This document shows positions 21,934 through 24,000 of a DNA stretch of 24,000 bases, piece by piece. Position 1 is the stretch's first letter; each line of letters starts with the position of its first letter. Origin of the DNA: Wenzhouxiangella sp. AB-CW3. Its GTDB lineage: Bacteria > Pseudomonadota > Gammaproteobacteria > Xanthomonadales > Wenzhouxiangellaceae. A program made the position numbers and the translations under genes. The DNA lies in the NCBI RefSeq assembly GCF_014725735.1, contig NZ_CP061368.1, forward strand, positions 363,225 through 387,224, written 5' to 3'. Under the pieces are notes generated by a model. It ran no database searches, was not told where the DNA came from, and was given only the letters and a program-made list of their open reading frames with translations.

Positions 21934-23415
21934 GTGTTCGAACAGACGTTTCGCAATCTCGACAATGTGCTTCGGCAGGAAGCCGGTTGCGCCACCGAAC
22001 TGGACTACACCGAGCAGACATCGTGGATGCTGTTTCTCAAGTATCTGGCTGATCTGGAGAAAGAGCGATCCATGGAGGCTGAGCTGCGTGGGAAGTCTTA
22101 CGACTTTCTGCTGGAAGCGCCTTATCGCTGGTCAAGCTGGGCGGCGCCCAAGAACGAAGACAGCGAGTTTGATCATGACATAGCGCTCACTGGTGACGAT
22201 CTGATCGAATTCGTCAACGGCAAGCTGTTTCCCTATCTGCAGGGCTTTCGCGAGCGCACCGCCGAGACCGATACCATCGAGTACAAGATCGGCGAGATCT
22301 TTTCGGAAATCCGCAACAAGTTCACCAGCGGCTACAGCCTGCGCGACGCGCTGGAACTGGTCGACACGCTCAGCTTTGGCTCGCAGAAGGAAAAGCACGA
22401 GCTCTCGCACCTGTACGAGGCCAAGATTCGCAACATGGGCAATGCCGGGCGAAACGGTGGCGAGTATTACACCCCGCGTCCGCTGATTCGCGCCATGATC
22501 CGGGTGATCCAACCGGAGATCGGCGAGCGCATTTACGACGCCGCGGTCGGATCGGCCGGCTTCCTTTGCGAGGCCTACGATTACCTGCGTTACGGTCCTG
22601 ACGGACCGGATGCCGAGAATCCACCGAAACTGTCCACCGAAGATCTCGATACCCTGCAGCGGCGAACCTTTCACGGCAAGGAAAAGAAGAGCCTGCCCTA
22701 CGTGATCGGCATCATGAACATGATCCTGCACGGCATCGAGGCGCCCAACATCGTCCACACCAATTCCCTGACCGAGAATCTCGATGATGTTCAGGAGAAG
22801 GATCGCTATGACATCATCCTGGCCAATCCGCCTTTCGGCGGCAAGGAGCGCAAGGAGATCCAGCAGAATTTCCCAATCCGCACCGGCGAGACGGCGTTTC
22901 TGTTCCTGCAGCACTTCATCAAGCACTTGAAGGCCGGCGGGCGGGCCGCCATCGTGATCAAAAACACCTTCCTGTCCAATTCCGACAACGCCTCGCGTGC
23001 CCTGCGCCAGGAACTGCTGGAAAACTGCAACCTGCACACCGTGCTCGACTGCCCCGGCGGCACCTTCCTGGGCGCGGGCGTGAAGACCGTAGTGCTGTTC
23101 TTCGAGAAGGGCGCACCAACCCAAAAGACCTGGTACTACCAGCTCGATCCCGGTCGCAGCTTGGGCAAGACCAATCCGCTCAACGACGACGACCTGGAAG
23201 ATTTCGTCGAAAAGCAGAAAACCTTTGCCGATTCCGAACAGTCCTGGACCGTGCCCTTCGACCAGGTCGACACCGAGACGTGGGACCTGTCGGTCAAGAA
23301 TCCCAACAAGGCCGAAGAAGCCCCGTTGCGCGACCCGCAGGAAATCATCGACGAAATCGAAGCACTGGATGTCCAGAGCCGGGAGATTCTGGAAGGGATC
23401 AGGGGGATGTTGTGA
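21934..23415 (+). CDS. hsdM: Type I restriction-modification system, DNA methyltransferase subunit HsdM
   Basis: HsdM N-domain (FRNLDNVLRQEAGCATELDYTEQTSWMLFLKYL), AdoMet motif I DAAVGSAGFL, and catalytic NPPFGG (ILANPPFGGKE). GTG start. Confidence 0.92.
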   Translation: MFEQTFRNLDNVLRQEAGCATELDYTEQTSWMLFLKYLADLEKERSMEAELRGKSYDFLLEAPYRWSSWAAPKNEDSEFDHDIALTGDDLIEFVNGKLFPYLQGFRERTAETDTIEYKIGEIFSEIRNKFTSGYSLRDALELVDTLSFGSQKEKHELSHLYEAKIRNMGNAGRNGGEYYTPRPLIRAMIRVIQPEIGERIYDAAVGSAGFLCEAYDYLRYGPDGPDAENPPKLSTEDLDTLQRRTFHGKEKKSLPYVIGIMNMILHGIEAPNIVHTNSLTENLDDVQEKDRYDIILANPPFGGKERKEIQQNFPIRTGETAFLFLQHFIKHLKAGGRAAIVIKNTFLSNSDNASRALRQELLENCNLHTVLDCPGGTFLGAGVKTVVLFFEKGAPTQKTWYYQLDPGRSLGKTNPLNDDDLEDFVEKQKTFADSEQSWTVPFDQVDTETWDLSVKNPNKAEEAPLRDPQEIIDEIEALDVQSREILEGIRGML

Positions 23416-23678
23416 CTAACGGTCAGGGCCAGATTAAGACTCTAGGAGATGTGCTAAAGCTTGAGTACGGAAAGCCACTACCGAAGGAAAAGCGTAAAAA
23501 TCAAGGTAAGTATCCGGTCTTTGGTGCAAATGGGGTCAAGTGTTTTACCGATGTCCCATTCCACGCAAAGAGCAGCATCATCGTTGGACGTAAAGGAACT
23601 GCCGGTGCAGTAAACCTTGTTGATGGTGGCTTTTGGCCCCTTGATGTTACTTACTTTGTAACACTAGTGTCCGGTTAA
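23412..23678 (+). pseudogene. hsdS: Type I R-M specificity subunit HsdS, 5' fragment only (truncated by an IS insertion)
   Basis: The GTG start overlaps the hsdM stop (GTGA 23412-23415). VTNGQGQIKTLGDVLKLEYGKPLPKEKR...YPVFGANG...IIVGRKGTAGAVNLVDGGFWPLDVTYFV is a typical first target-recognition domain start. The frame ends after 88 codons at about the point where IS-like sequence begins. Full HsdS proteins are several-fold longer. The segment looks markedly AT-richer than hsdM by eye. Confidence 0.75.
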
Positions 23679-24000
23679 AAGTGCTCTGAATCCCGAAAAT
23701 CGCATGTTTTACAGCACATTACAAGCGGAAAAAGGTGTCCCCGATTTGAACGCGGAGTTCGCGGTGTATAACCAAGCCGATACCGTGCCCTCCGGAGTGG
23801 CAAATGAACATCGGCAAGACGCTTTTTGCTCAGATTATGGATTTCCTTCCCTGGAAGACTTTCCACCGCACCGTCGACCGATACGACGGCAACCGGCGAG
23901 TGCGAACTCTGAGCTGCGCCGAACAGTTCCGCTGTATGGCCTTTGCCCAGCTGACCTACCGCGAGAGCCTGCGGGACATCGAAGCCTGTCTCCAGGTTCA
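23670..24000 (+). mobile_element. Left end of an IS4-superfamily insertion sequence (extends beyond the window)
   Basis: The HsdS-like reading frame is lost at about 23660-23680. It is followed by a 120-nt leader and a transposase gene. The exact terminal inverted repeat cannot be defined without the other end. Confidence 0.6.
23804..24000 (+). CDS. DDE transposase, IS4 superfamily (DUF4372-type N-terminus), 5' fragment
   Basis: My translation from ATG 23804 is MNIGKTLFAQIMDFLPWKTFHRTVDRYDGNRRVRTLSCAEQFRCMAFAQLTYRESLRDIEACLQV... The string F.Q.MDFLP...F...V.RY.G...V..L.C..QF..MAFAQLTYRESLRDIEACL is the conserved N-terminus of this transposase group, from memory. The ORF is open at the right edge and so is absent from the track. 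Confidence 0.8.
   Translation, partial: MNIGKTLFAQIMDFLPWKTFHRTVDRYDGNRRVRTLSCAEQFRCMAFAQLTYRESLRDIEACLQV

Noticed and set aside
17713-23124. Antisense or out-of-frame ORFs within pcl, tal and hsdM (for example 18082..18843, 18659..19294, 18897..19658, 22132..23124)
   Set aside because: All are nested in or opposite to genes with strong catalytic motifs (SGTTG/YGATE, ASG-MIO, NPPFGG). Their translations are low-complexity and Arg/Gly/Pro-rich.

Overview
24 kb of high-GC, gammaproteobacterium-like chromosome. The taxon is only an inference from gene content and a very Halorhodospira-like PYP. Nothing was searched, and all product calls rest on motifs I recognise by eye. There are three blocks. 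(1) 1-7100 holds ordinary genes: a 5' fragment of minC (-), a UrcA-like secreted protein, a secreted M20D amidohydrolase, dodecin, the ABC-F ATPase Uup, a small lipoprotein and a membrane-anchored alpha/beta hydrolase (-). It also holds an unusual membrane protein with an S1-S4 voltage-sensor-like domain but no pore. (2) 7179-16796 is a complete eukaryote-type tryptophan -> kynurenine -> 3-hydroxyanthranilate -> 2-aminomuconate cluster. kynA (+) converges on an eight-gene minus-strand operon: atypical SDR, aminomuconate-semialdehyde dehydrogenase, RidA-type deaminase, 3-hydroxyanthranilate dioxygenase, ACMSD, cyclase-family formamidase, kynureninase, kynurenine 3-monooxygenase. (3) 17088-24000 looks accessory. 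It carries the photoactive yellow protein module pyp-pcl-tal plus a DUF2835 gene, then a defence islet: an Mrr-type nuclease, hsdM, and an hsdS cut off after about 88 codons by an IS4-superfamily insertion sequence that runs off the right edge. The most unusual signal is not a gene. Every spacer-containing junction of the kynurenine operon carries its own tandem array of a different 7-nt unit. On the mRNA strand these are TTCAGGG x14, GTGAAGT x5-7, GAGACGG-like x8, AAAGGTG x3-5 and TAGAGGA x3. Each array begins at, overlaps or closely follows the stop codon of the upstream cistron. In three cases an inverted, partly complementary copy of the same array follows. The x14 array is a textbook G-quadruplex motif on the mRNA. 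A perfect 26-bp inverted repeat and a REP/BIME-like hairpin pair lie in the same cluster. No rRNA, tRNA or CRISPR array was seen.
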